In this document: one piece after another, positions 9,286 to 18,744 of the stretch
How positions within the stretch are numbered: position 1 is the first letter of the stretch
Layout of the letters: each line of letters begins with the position of its first letter
Source of the DNA: an uncultured Actinomycetota bacterium
GTDB lineage: Bacteria; Actinomycetota; UBA4738; HRBIN12
Assembly: GCA_963842295.1 (NCBI GenBank)
Contig: CAWJFY010000006.1
Location: 182,109 to 246,108, forward strand
Direction: 5' to 3'
Length of the DNA stretch: 64,000 nt
Translations under genes and position numbers: made by a program
The notes under the pieces: model-generated
The model's database searches: none
What the model was told of the DNA's origin: nothing
What the model saw: the letters and a program-made list of their open reading frames with translations, nothing else

Positions 9286-10191
9286 CTAGAGCCGGTCGAT
9301 CGAGCGGGCCTCCATCCGAGGACCGTAGGCGGGTGGAGAGATGTGGCTCGCTTCCAGCAGAAGCTGGACGCGACCTCGCTGTCCCCGGTACGGCTCCAAC
9401 AGCTCCAGCATCCGCTCGTCGGTGCCGCGCGGCTCGCCGGCGAGCGCCCACGTCACGAGGCTCGGCACGTGGTAGTCACCGACGGAGATCGCGTCGGGGT
9501 CGCCGAACGACAAACGGGCCACCTCGGCCGATGTCCAGGGCCCACGCCCGGGATCGCCTCCAGACGGCGCCGGGCATCCTCGGGCGGCACCTCGGCGAGC
9601 GCCTCGAGCGACGCCGCCCGCGCACACACCGCTCGTATCACCTGCGCGCGGCGTCGCTCGACCCCCCACGGGTGGAAACGGAAGTACGGAAGCTCGGCCA
9701 CCCGCGAAGGATCGGGCGGCAGCAACAGTCCACCCTCGCCGGGGGCCGGCTCGCTCACGGCTAGTCGTCATCCGCCGCCACGCTCGGCGGGCCTCGAGCC
9801 CGACGACCTTCTGCTCCAGGATCGCGGCGATCAACGTGCGCACCACGTCCAGCGCCCGCGTGAGTCGCACGCCCGGTGCTCCTTCCACACCCTGCGCCAT
9901 CACATCGTCCCGAGGTGCGAACGCCGACAGGTCGTCCTCGGCACCGATCAACGCCGGAGCGTGATCGAGCGCCCACGCCGCTCCCGGACCCCAGCCGGTC
10001 GCCCGAACCTGCCCGTCGCCCTGCTGCAGCAGCAGCGTCGCCGGCCCCTCGGGCGTACGCGCCGCGCGCCACGCCTCGCGGCCTTCGATCCGCATCGTCG
10101 GGTCGCCCGTCCCTCGTCGGAGAGGGAAGAGCGTCCTCGCCAGGTCGTAGGGCTCCTCGATCGGGATCGACCGCGTCTCTTCGTTCGACAC
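9286..10191 (-). pseudogene. AlkA-family DNA-3-methyladenine glycosylase with compensating frameshifts (probably assembly errors)
   Basis: RRGTGDPT...RTPEGPATL...AILEQKVVG; middle segment lies in the 9453..9758 frame (LEAIPGVGP, HhH motif), then returns to WTSAEVA...GDPDAISVGDYH. Confidence 0.8.
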
Positions 10192-10196
10192 GCCGG

Positions 10197-11658
10197 CTAC
10201 TCCGAGGGGCTCGCGGTCGTCGCGCTCGGCGTCGAAGGAGCCGGCGTCGCAGGGCTCGGCGACAGACCGACGTCTGAGGCGAGATGGCGCTCGATCTGAA
10301 GGCTCCCCGTCTCGGGGAACTGCGTCACCACGTCCCACGCGACGAGCCGCATCCCGCCGTTGCCATCGCCGCCGAAGTAGAGGACCTCCGCCGAGAACGG
10401 CACGCCTCCTTCCGCCGTGAAACCGGTCGGGCCGGCGCCGCCGGTGGTGCCCACGCGGAGGAACAGCGTCCCGTCGACCACCTCGTCGCGGTTCTCGTGG
10501 AAATGGCCCGACAGGACGAGCGGCACCAAGCCCGCCACCCCCTGCGGCCATGCGATCGTCGTGGACGAGCACGATGTCGGGTGGGTCGGGGAGCGCGGAC
10601 ACGTCCGCCGTGACTCGCTCGGCCGCCGCCTCGACCAACGCGACGACGTCCTCGTCGCCGACCGGCGTGCCTCGTTGCTCGTTGAAGTAGGGATGTCCCA
10701 GCCCGTAGATCGTGAAGCCATCGACCTCCGCGGTTTGACCGTCGAGCACGACGGCTCCCTCCGTGCGAGCGACTGCGTCCTGGAAGTCGGCCGAGTCGTG
10801 GTTCCCTCGCACCCATACGTAGGGGAGCTCGAACTCCGGGATCTCGGACAGGATGAACTCCTCGTTGCTCGCGCCGAACGAGGTCGTGTCGCCGGTGTCG
10901 ATCACGAACTCGACGTCGAAGCTCCTGGCGAGCTCGTGTGCGAACCCGTAGCCGAGCGTCGAGAGGTGGATGTCCGAGATGTGCAGGACGCGGACCTCGT
11001 CTCCTCGGCCGAGCGGGTTCGACTCGACGGCCGCGTACGCGCGAGCGGCCCCCGCCACCACCCGGCGCAGCTCGTCCCGGAAGTACCCGACCCGCTCGAT
11101 CGCGCCCTCGACGGGACCGAAGAGCTGCGGCACCAGACGGAGTGAGCCGCTGTAGCTGGGCGCCTGGAAGGCCGCGGCGTCGAACCCGATCACCGTGAAG
11201 CCGACCGAGAGGACCACCGCGACGAGTCCCGCGACGGTGGCTCGCAGGACTTCGAGCCACCGATCCCTGAACGCGAGGAGTCCGAGGGTCGCTGCGCCGG
11301 CGATCCCCACCAGGATCACCCATCCGGCGAACCGACCGACCGCGGCGAAGGTGTTGCGTTCGACCTCGGCGGCAACGGAGTCGACCCCTCGGCGGAGCCC
11401 TTCCTGGAGTTGCTCGACGTCGACCTCACGGAGGGACGCGCGGAGGTGAAGGGGAGCGCCGTGGGTGTCGGCGCGGAGCCTCCCGAGCGGTGGAAGCGAG
11501 ATGTCGGTGACGCTCCGACCGAAGTCGGCCTCGAGCTGGATCTGGAAGGGACCGGCGTCGACCGTCGTCTTCGCGAACGCTTGGAGTGCGAGCGCCGCGC
11601 CCGCGATGCCGACCAGGATCGGGCCGAGAAGCATCGCCCAGCGGGGCATGCGAGCCAT
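10197..11658 (-). pseudogene. Membrane-anchored metallophosphoesterase with one frameshift near 10540
   Basis: LHISDIH, DTGD, GNHD in one frame; LSGHFH...GTTGGAG continues in the 10197..10721 frame. Confidence 0.78.
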
Positions 11659-11702
11659 GCCGGGGACCGTAGCAGTGGACCGGCGTGAGTCGGAAACCCT
11701 TC

Positions 11703-12632
11703 TCAGCCCGGAACGCTTGCTGGTTCAGAGTCCGCGAATTCCCGCGCGACTTCCAGGAACGGATCCACGAACGGGGACGGGTGGGCGTCGGCCCACGCTA
11801 CCCCGTAGCTGATGAGCGGAGTCGGCTCCTGGAAATGGCGGAAGACGACTCCGGGTGCCTCGGGTTCCATCCCGCGGGGAAGGACCGCGATCCCGATCCC
11901 CTCCCCGTTCGCGACGCGCTCGAGTCGACGAGCCTCTTCGAGCTCGGGAACGTGAACCATCCGGGGATGTTCGGACTCGCCGAAGAGGATGCGGTGGATA
12001 TGGTCGATCATCTCGGGATTGATATTCCGAGGCCAGCCGAGGAATGGCTCCTTCAATAGCTCGGCTCGCGGCACGCGATCGAGCTCGGCGAGCCGATGTC
12101 CTTCCGGAACCATCGCCACGAGCTCGAACGTGCTCAGCTGCTCGTAGTGAGGCGGGGGATCCACCGACTTGAAAGGGGAAAGCACGACCGCCACGTCCAG
12201 CGAATGATCGGCGACGCCTTCGATCAGCGCAGGGTCGAGGCGAGGGTGGATCTCGACGTCGACATCCGGGACGCGGCCCGCGAACTCCTGCAGCACGGCT
12301 TCCGCGACCACGGGGATCCCGAGGATGGGCGTGCCCACTCGCAGGAGGCCCTTCTTCCCGCCCTCGGCCATGACGGCACTGGTCACCGCCCGATCGGCGA
12401 GCTCGAGCGTCAGACGGGCGTGGTCGAGGAACACACGTCCAGCCTCCGTGAGCTGGACGCCTCGCCTGTCACGAACGAAGAGCTGTACCCCGATGGCCAG
12501 CTCGAGCTGTTTGATCTGCTGCGAGAGGCCCGATTGGGCGATGCGGAGTCGGTCCGCCGCCTTGCTGAAATGAAGCTCCTCGGCGACGGCGACGAAGTAT
12601 CGGAACTGGCGGAGTTCTACGTTTGCGGTCAC
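11703..12632 (-). CDS. LysR family transcriptional regulator
   Basis: VELRQFRYFVAVAEELHFSKAADRLRIAQSGLSQQIKQLE...LFVRDRRGVQLTEAG; start approximate. Confidence 0.92.
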   Translation of the reverse strand: MTANVELRQFRYFVAVAEELHFSKAADRLRIAQSGLSQQIKQLELAIGVQLFVRDRRGVQLTEAGRVFLDHARLTLELADRAVTSAVMAEGGKKGLLRVGTPILGIPVVAEAVLQEFAGRVPDVDVEIHPRLDPALIEGVADHSLDVAVVLSPFKSVDPPPHYEQLSTFELVAMVPEGHRLAELDRVPRAELLKEPFLGWPRNINPEMIDHIHRILFGESEHPRMVHVPELEEARRLERVANGEGIGIAVLPRGMEPEAPGVVFRHFQEPTPLISYGVAWADAHPSPFVDPFLEVAREFADSEPASVPG

Positions 12633-12707
12633 AACCTGAACACGCCTTCGTCGACAGCCACTGTCCGCCCCCTTTCGAGCACCAATCTTCTCGCCCGCTG
12701 AAGGTGT

Positions 12708-12732
12708 CGTCAAATGACGCTGTCATATGACA
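12708..12732. promoter_or_regulatory. Tandem palindromic operator-like sites
   Basis: CGTCA-AA-TGACG (12708-12719) and TGTCA-TA-TGACA (12721-12732) between divergent regulators. Confidence 0.55.
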
Positions 12733-12782
12733 TAGTCAGCGCTTGTCAGGTAGGACCCGAGGGATAGGGGTACTGAACCGTC

Positions 12783-13535
12783 GTGGCATCCCGGATCGCC
12801 GAATCCTTGAAGGCCGCTCGAACACGCGTCGGGTGGAGCCGTGAGACGCTCGCGCATCACTCGGGGGTGAGTTGGTCGGCGATCGCGCAGATCGAATCGG
12901 GGAGGCGGAAGGACGTTCGCCTGGGCAGCCTGTCGGCCCTCGCGGGCGCGTTGGGAGTGAGCGTCGACTATCTGATCGGGGCCACGGCAGCGCCTCCGCT
13001 TCTGGAGCATCGTCTCCTCACGTACGGGTCCGACGAGGAATACCTCGCGGCCGTGGTCCCATTCTTCGCCGAGGGGAGGGAGCGGTCGGAGGCTCTCTTG
13101 GCGGTCACGACGAAGGAGCAGACAGAGCTCCTGCGTGACTCGCTCGACGACCGCGCAGGCCACGTCGAGTTCGCGGAGTCGGCGGACTGGTACCGCTCTC
13201 CCGGCACGGCGATGCACGGCTATCGCGCGTTCGTGAACGAGAAGCTCGATGCCGGAGCGGCCTGGATCCGGATCGTGGCCGAGATCGCCCCGGAGAGCCG
13301 GTCCGATGACGAGGTCGCCGCGTGGTCGCGCTACGAATCCTTCGTCAACCTCGCGTTCGCGTCGTCGCCGACGACGTTCATCTGTTCCTACGACGACAGA
13401 TCGTGGCCCGACGATGGCATGACCAACGCGCGACGGACCCATCCCGTGGTCGTCCACGGGGATGAGGTGGGAGCGAATCCTGAGTATCGAGCGCCCGAGG
13501 ACATGCTGATCGATCCGCCGATCCCCGACCTCTAG
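12783..13535 (+). CDS. XRE-family HTH regulator fused to a MEDS (DcmR-like) sensory domain
   Basis: LKAARTRVGWSRETLAHHSGVSWSAIAQIESG; HRLLTYGSDEEYLAAVVPF...DWYRSP...WSRYESFVN...ICSYD...RTHP. Confidence 0.8.
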   Translation: MASRIAESLKAARTRVGWSRETLAHHSGVSWSAIAQIESGRRKDVRLGSLSALAGALGVSVDYLIGATAAPPLLEHRLLTYGSDEEYLAAVVPFFAEGRERSEALLAVTTKEQTELLRDSLDDRAGHVEFAESADWYRSPGTAMHGYRAFVNEKLDAGAAWIRIVAEIAPESRSDDEVAAWSRYESFVNLAFASSPTTFICSYDDRSWPDDGMTNARRTHPVVVHGDEVGANPEYRAPEDMLIDPPIPDL

Positions 13536-14758
13536 TCACTCAATCGAGCAGCACGGAGAGCGAGGTATCGCTGCTCCGGGATGCTCGCGGTCCTCCGAGC
13601 GGCGCGTCGGTACGCCGCTCTCGCCGCGACCGGATCGTCCGCGAGCTCGAGGAGATGGGCGCGCACGGCGTCGACCCGATGGTTCTCGGCCATCCGCTCG
13701 TCGTCGTCGAGGGTTCCGAGCAGGGCGAGCCCGGCTCGTGGCCCGTGGACCATCGCGAGCGCGACCGCACGGTTGAGCGTGACCACCGGCCCGGGTGAGA
13801 CGCGATCGAGGACTTGGTAGAGCGCCAGGATCTGCGGCCAGTCCGTCTCGTCGGCGCTCGGCGCTTCGTCGTGCAGTGCGGCGACCGCCGCCTGGAGCTG
13901 GTACGAGCCGATCGTCGCGGTGCCGAGGGTCCGGTCGACGAGGGCGACCCCCTCTTCGATCTGCTCTCTGTTCCAACGAGCACGGTCCTGTTCGGCGAGA
14001 GGCACGAGGGAGCCGTCGACGTCCGTCCGAGCGTCCCTCCGGGCATCGGTCAGCAACATGAGGGCGAGCAGACCGGCGACCTCGCCTTCCCCCGGCATGA
14101 GTTGGTGGAGCATGCGAGCCAGCCGGATGGCCTCACTCGTGAGGTCGGCTCGGTGCAGCGTGGCGCCGGCGCTCGTCGTGTACCCCTCGTTGAAGATGAG
14201 GTAGAGCACGTGGAGCACGACGCGGAGGCGGTCGGCTCGATCCGGCTCCGGCGGGAGGTCGAACCGGAGGCCGCTGCTCTTGATGCTCTGTTTGGCGCGG
14301 CTGATGCGTTGCGCCATCGTGGCTTCGGGAACCAGGAACGCGTGTGCGATCTCCGCCGTGGTCAGCCCGCCGACCGCGCGCAGCGTGAGGGCCAGCTGCG
14401 AGGGCACGGAGAGCGAAGGATGGCAGCACAGGAAGAGGAGCGTGAGCGTGTCGTCCTGCCCGGAGAGCTGACCCGGGACGGGCAGATCGAGAGCCGTGGT
14501 GGTTTCCTCGCGCCGCCGCCGGGCGCTCTCGCTGCGCCAGTCGTCGACCAGGCGCCGAGAGGCGACGGTCAGGAGCCACGACCGCGGGTCGCCGGGCACG
14601 CCCTCTCGGTCCCACTGCAGCGCCGCGGCGAGAAGGGCCTCCTGGACGGCATCCTCGCAGGCGTCGAACTGTCCGTGCCGCCGCACGAGCGTGCCGAGGA
14701 CCTGCGGCGCGAGCTCGCGCAGCAGGTCCTCGGCTGTGTGCCCGTCGTCCCGCGCCAC
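13532..14758 (-). CDS. ECF sigma factor with C-terminal TPR-like extension (ECF42-type)
   Basis: EDAVQEALLAA...DDTLTLLFLCCHPSL...TMAQRISRAK...YLIFNEGY...TDWPQILALY; adjacent to DGPF gene. Confidence 0.9.
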   Translation of the reverse strand: MARDDGHTAEDLLRELAPQVLGTLVRRHGQFDACEDAVQEALLAAALQWDREGVPGDPRSWLLTVASRRLVDDWRSESARRRREETTTALDLPVPGQLSGQDDTLTLLFLCCHPSLSVPSQLALTLRAVGGLTTAEIAHAFLVPEATMAQRISRAKQSIKSSGLRFDLPPEPDRADRLRVVLHVLYLIFNEGYTTSAGATLHRADLTSEAIRLARMLHQLMPGEGEVAGLLALMLLTDARRDARTDVDGSLVPLAEQDRARWNREQIEEGVALVDRTLGTATIGSYQLQAAVAALHDEAPSADETDWPQILALYQVLDRVSPGPVVTLNRAVALAMVHGPRAGLALLGTLDDDERMAENHRVDAVRAHLLELADDPVAARAAYRRAARRTASIPEQRYLALRAARLSD

Positions 14759-14775
14759 CGACAGCCGTCGCCTCC

Positions 14776-15273
14776 CTAGGCGGCGTCGGCCGCGTGCTCC
14801 ATGGCCGCGATGTCGATCTTCTGCATCTGGAGCATCGCCTTCATCGCGCGCTCCGCCCGGCCGGGATCGGGGTCGCCGAGCAGCTCGTGCAGGCGCGTGG
14901 GGACGATCTGCCAGGAAAGGCCGTACCGATCCTTGAGCCAACCGCACTGGCTCTCCTCGCCGCCATCGGTGAGCGCCTTCCAGAAGTAGTCGACCTCGTC
15001 TTGGTTCTCGCAGCTCACGTGGAACGAGGTCGCCTCGGTGAACGCGAACTCGGGCCCGCCGTTGAGCGCCGTGAACTCGAGCCCTTCCAGCACGAACGAG
15101 GCGGTCATCGCCGAGCCCGGTGTGCCCGGCCCCGCCTCGCCGTAGCGGGCGACGCTCAGGACTTTCGACTCTCCGCCTTGGGAGCCCGGTCGCGCGTTGA
15201 AGACGGAGACGTAGAACTCTGCCGCCTCCTCCGCTTGGTTGTCGAACCATAGGAACGGGGTGACCTTCTGCAT
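14776..15273 (-). CDS. VOC family protein (PhnB/3-dmu-9-like)
   Basis: MQKVTPFLWFDNQAEEAAEFY...ALNGGP...CGWLKDRYGLSWQIVP. Confidence 0.9.
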   Translation of the reverse strand: MQKVTPFLWFDNQAEEAAEFYVSVFNARPGSQGGESKVLSVARYGEAGPGTPGSAMTASFVLEGLEFTALNGGPEFAFTEATSFHVSCENQDEVDYFWKALTDGGEESQCGWLKDRYGLSWQIVPTRLHELLGDPDPGRAERAMKAMLQMQKIDIAAMEHAADAA

Positions 15274-15321
15274 CGTCGGTTCCTCCTTCTGTCGGGTGAA
15301 GCGATCTCGATGGTCTGGAAA

Positions 15322-15681
15322 TCAGACCTCGGGCGGTGCGTCCGCGACTTGACGGACCTCGACTGGCTCTCCCGTGAACGCGACGCACCGGGAGGCGAGG
15401 TCGATCGCGCGCGCTTCGTCCGCGTCGATGATCCACCAGCCCGCGAGGGACTCCTTGGCCTCGGCGAAGGGACCGTCGGTCGCGACCGCGACCCCGTTCT
15501 CGAGGCGGACGGTCTTCGCCTCGCTCGGATCGACGAGTCCCTGCCCGTCGACGAACTCGCCCGCGTCCTTGATCTCCTGATCCATCTTCCCCATGAACCC
15601 GATCATGTCTCGGATCCACTCGGGCGTTCGGGTCTCCATCATCGTGTTCTGGTCCCCGAACATCATGATGATGTATTTCAT
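15322..15681 (-). CDS. YciI/DGPF family protein
   Basis: ATDGPFAEAKESLAGWWII...VEVRQV. Confidence 0.9.
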   Translation of the reverse strand: MKYIIMMFGDQNTMMETRTPEWIRDMIGFMGKMDQEIKDAGEFVDGQGLVDPSEAKTVRLENGVAVATDGPFAEAKESLAGWWIIDADEARAIDLASRCVAFTGEPVEVRQVADAPPEV

Positions 15682-15816
15682 CTCTCACTCCCTCCTGGCG
15701 CCATCCGTGGCGCTCTCACCCGTTGGTCGGAGCGACCGGGCCGTTCTCGACATCCGATCGAGGAAGGCCGCGGGCGAGGAAGTCACCCTAGCTCGCCGCA
15801 TGAGGAAGCCGAACGC

Positions 15817-15846
15817 GAACGAGCGGGCCCGAGGGCCCGCTCGTTC
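15817..15846 (-). terminator. Stem-loop downstream of glnA1
   Basis: GAACGAGCGGGCCC-GA-GGGCCCGCTCGTTC, perfect 14-bp inverted repeat 23 nt after the stop. Confidence 0.7.
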
Positions 15847-15869
15847 ATGTTCCTTGGGGCGCGCAGCGT

Positions 15870-17312
15870 CTAGCAGTCGTAGTACATGTGGAATTCGTGC
15901 GGGTGCGGCCTGAGCCGGATCGCGTCCACCTCGTGGGCCCGCTTGTACTCGATCCAGGTGTCGATCACGTCCTGGGTGAAGACACCGCCCTCCAGCAGCC
16001 ACTGGTGGTCCGCCTCGAGCGTGTCGAGCACCTCCTCGAGCGCGCCGGGCACCTGCTTCACCGACGCCTTCTCCTCGGGCGGCAGGTCGTAGAGGTCCTT
16101 GTCCATCGGCTCGGGCGGCTCGATCTTGTTCTTGATCCCGTCGATCCCCGCCATCAGCATCGCGCTGAACGCGAGGTACGGGTTGCATGCCGCGTCCGGC
16201 GTACGGAACTCGAGCCGCTTCGTGGCGGGCAACCGCGAGAAGACCGGGATCCGCACGCAGGCCGATCGGTTCCGCTGGGAGTACACGAGGTTGATCGGCG
16301 CCTCGTAGCCGGGGACGAGCCGACGGTAGGAGTTCGTCGTCGGGTTCGTGAACGCGAGCAGCGACGGCGCGTGCTGGAGCAGCCCCCCGATGTACCAGCG
16401 GGCCATGTCCGAGATCCCCGCGTACCCGACCTCGTCCCAGAACAGGTTCTCGTCGTCCTTCCACAGGCTCTGGTGGGTGTGCATCCCGGAGCCGTTGTCC
16501 TGGAAGATCGGCTTCGGCATGAAGGTCACGGTCTTGCCGGCCTCCCACGCCGTGTTCTTGACGACGTACTTGTACTTCATGACGTTGTCGGCGGTCCGGA
16601 GCAGCGAGTCGTAGCGCATGTCGATCTCGGCCTGGCCGGCGGTGCCGACCTCGTGGTGATGCACCTCGATCTTCACGCCGACCTGCTCGAGGTTCAGCAC
16701 CATCTGCGAGCGGAGGTCCTGGTAGTGATCCATCGGCGGGACGGGGAAGTAGCCCTCCTTGTACCGGGGCTTGTAGCCGAGGTTGGGGGTGTCATCGGCG
16801 TTGCGCTCCCGCCCCGAGTTCCAGACACCCTCGGCCGCATCGATGTGGTAGTAGCCCTCGTGCTGGTTCTGGTCGAAGCGGATCGAGTCGAAGATGTAGA
16901 ACTCGGCCTCCGGTCCCCAGTTCGAGACGTCCGCGATGCCCGTCTGCTTCAGATAGAGCTCGGCTTTGCGGGCGATGTACCGCGGGTCGCGGGAGTACCA
17001 CTCGCCGGTGACCGGATCTTTCACGTAGCAGTGGATGTTCAGCGTCGTGTGCTTGGTGAACGGGTCCAGGTAGGCGGTGTCGGGGTCGGGGACGAGGAGC
17101 ATGTCCGACTCCTGGATCTCCTGGAACCCGCGGATCGAGGATCCATCGAACCCGAGTCCGTCCTCGAAGACCCCTTCGGTGAGCTCGGCGACGGGGACCG
17201 AGAAGTGCTGCGTGAGACCCGGCAGGTCGCAGAACCGCAGGTCGACGATCTGGACGTCGCGCTCCTTCGCGAGCGCGACGACATCCTTCGCCGTTCTTGG
17301 CGGTGTGGTCAC
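15870..17312 (-). CDS. glnA: Glutamine synthetase type I (GSI-beta, adenylylatable)
   Basis: [49 protein letters not shown]; adenylylation loop [10 protein letters not shown]. Confidence 0.97.
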   Translation of the reverse strand: MTTPPRTAKDVVALAKERDVQIVDLRFCDLPGLTQHFSVPVAELTEGVFEDGLGFDGSSIRGFQEIQESDMLLVPDPDTAYLDPFTKHTTLNIHCYVKDPVTGEWYSRDPRYIARKAELYLKQTGIADVSNWGPEAEFYIFDSIRFDQNQHEGYYHIDAAEGVWNSGRERNADDTPNLGYKPRYKEGYFPVPPMDHYQDLRSQMVLNLEQVGVKIEVHHHEVGTAGQAEIDMRYDSLLRTADNVMKYKYVVKNTAWEAGKTVTFMPKPIFQDNGSGMHTHQSLWKDDENLFWDEVGYAGISDMARWYIGGLLQHAPSLLAFTNPTTNSYRRLVPGYEAPINLVYSQRNRSACVRIPVFSRLPATKRLEFRTPDAACNPYLAFSAMLMAGIDGIKNKIEPPEPMDKDLYDLPPEEKASVKQVPGALEEVLDTLEADHQWLLEGGVFTQDVIDTWIEYKRAHEVDAIRLRPHPHEFHMYYDC

Positions 17313-17375
17313 GTGCGATGCACCCCCTGTGCTGGTCGTTGGACGGCTCCGGCGGCCGGTTGACTGTCGCGGCCA

Positions 17376-17429
17376 AGAGTAGGCGACGGCAACGAGGGGG
17401 CTGTTTCTCGGGCGTTAACTCTGCGTGAA
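17376..17429 (-). promoter_or_regulatory. GlnR box array plus -10 TACTCT of glnA1
   Basis: Minus strand TTCAC-N6-TTAAC-N6-GAAAC (17429-17403), 21 nt, TACTCT (17381-17376); fits gTnAc-N6-GaAAc. Confidence 0.8.
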
Positions 17430-17440
17430 CTCGGACATGG

Positions 17441-17568
17441 CCCGGGCCGACGACCGCGGGGCGAGGGGTCCCGCCGCGGGCGCCGGCCCGAGACTGCGAG
17501 CGGGACCGGAGCCGCGACCGAGGGGATGAGGCGTCCCGAGGGGAGGGACTGAGCTGGCTCCGTGCCCT
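17441..17568 (-). ncRNA. Candidate 6C-like small RNA (two GC-rich hairpins with C-rich loops)
   Basis: -10 CACAAT (17580-17575); hairpin 1 CGGAGCC/GGCUCCG enclosing UCCCUCCCCUC and AUCCCCUC; hairpin 2 CGGGCCGGCG/CGUCGGCCCG with loop GGACCCCU. Confidence 0.45.
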
Positions 17569-17732
17569 GCTCTTATTGTGTCCGAGTCATCGGCGCGCCG
17601 AACCGTTGCGGCGCAGGGCCCGGTTGAGTCATTTCCCCCTACGTCACGCGGCTAGGTCTTCCGCCGAAGCGCTGCCGGAAGGCCTCCCCCGTGGGAGCCG
17701 ACGCGCCGTTCGCTCAGGGCGGCCACGTTCGG

Positions 17733-18398
17733 TCAGGCGTCCTGTTCGGCCGCCCGGTATCCCACGCTGCGTACGGTTTCGATCAGCTGCTCGTGCTCGG
17801 GGCCGAGCTTGGCGCGGAGGCGTCGCACGTGCACGTCGACGGTGCGCGTGCCCCCGTAGAAGTCGTAGCCCCACACCTCGCGGAGCAGCGACGGCCGCGT
17901 GAAGACCCTCCCCGGGTGTTGCGCGAGGAAGCGGAGGAGCTCGAACTCCTTGAAGGTGAGGTCCAGGGGGCGTCCGGAGACGGTCACATGGTAGGTCTCG
18001 GTGTCGAGCGACAGGGCACCGAGACGGATCACGGTCCCGTCGCCGGTCCCGGCGCGCCGGCGGAGCATGGCCAACCGCACGCGGAGCTCGGCCGCCGGCG
18101 CGCCGGGGTACACGAGCTCGTCCGCGACCTCGTGCCAGGGGTAGCGCTCGAGCTGGTCCCGTTCGAGGACGATGGCCGCCGGGACGCGAGCGTCTCGCGC
18201 CCGCAGCGCCGTCAGCACCGACCAGGCCTGCGGGGGGTTCTCTCCGGCGTCCACGAGGATGGCCTCTGGCTCGAGCTCGAGGGCGTGCTCGAGCGATGCG
18301 ACCGAGAGCGGCTCGAGCTTCAGATCCGGGGCAACCTCGAGCAAGGCCGGGAGGGCCACCTGAGGCGATCGGTCGCTGAGCAACGCAAGGAACGGCAT
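17733..18398 (-). CDS. glnR: Nitrogen response regulator GlnR (orphan OmpR family)
   Basis: LDLTFKEFELLRFLAQHPGRVFTR...VWGYDFYGGTRTVDVHVRRLRAKLGPEHE; next to glnA1 and a moaD-like gene. Confidence 0.88.
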   Translation of the reverse strand: MPFLALLSDRSPQVALPALLEVAPDLKLEPLSVASLEHALELEPEAILVDAGENPPQAWSVLTALRARDARVPAAIVLERDQLERYPWHEVADELVYPGAPAAELRVRLAMLRRRAGTGDGTVIRLGALSLDTETYHVTVSGRPLDLTFKEFELLRFLAQHPGRVFTRPSLLREVWGYDFYGGTRTVDVHVRRLRAKLGPEHEQLIETVRSVGYRAAEQDA

Positions 18399-18464
18399 CG
18401 TCTGATCCTCCTCCGCACGATATCGGTTCGGCACCGTCCTCGATACGCTTGACCTGCGATGACG

Positions 18465-18725
18465 ATGGTGAAGGTGCGGCTGTTCGCAGCGCTCCGGGAG
18501 CTGGCGGGCTCTCCGCACGTGGAGGCCGAGGGGCGGACCGCCGGCGACGTGGTGGACATCCTCTCTTCGCGCTACGGAGAACGCTTCGCTCAGATCGCGG
18601 CCGTGGGGTCCCTGGTCGTGAACGGCGAGCGTGCGGCCCGTTCCACGCCGCTCACCGCCGGAGACGAGGTCGCATTGCTCCCTCCCGTCTCCGGCGGTTC
18701 CCGCATGCGCTCCTCGTCCGCCTGA
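18465..18725 (+). CDS. MoaD/ThiS-family sulfur carrier
   Basis: VKVRLFAALRELAG...GDEVALLPPVSGG followed by tail SRMRSSSA. Confidence 0.85.
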   Translation: MVKVRLFAALRELAGSPHVEAEGRTAGDVVDILSSRYGERFAQIAAVGSLVVNGERAARSTPLTAGDEVALLPPVSGGSRMRSSSA

Positions 18726-18744
18726 GGCATACTGCCTGGACCTC

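Noticed and set aside
9286-11658. 790-aa metallophosphoesterase-glycosylase fusion
   Set aside because: Produced by frameshifts; the missing segments lie in other frames.
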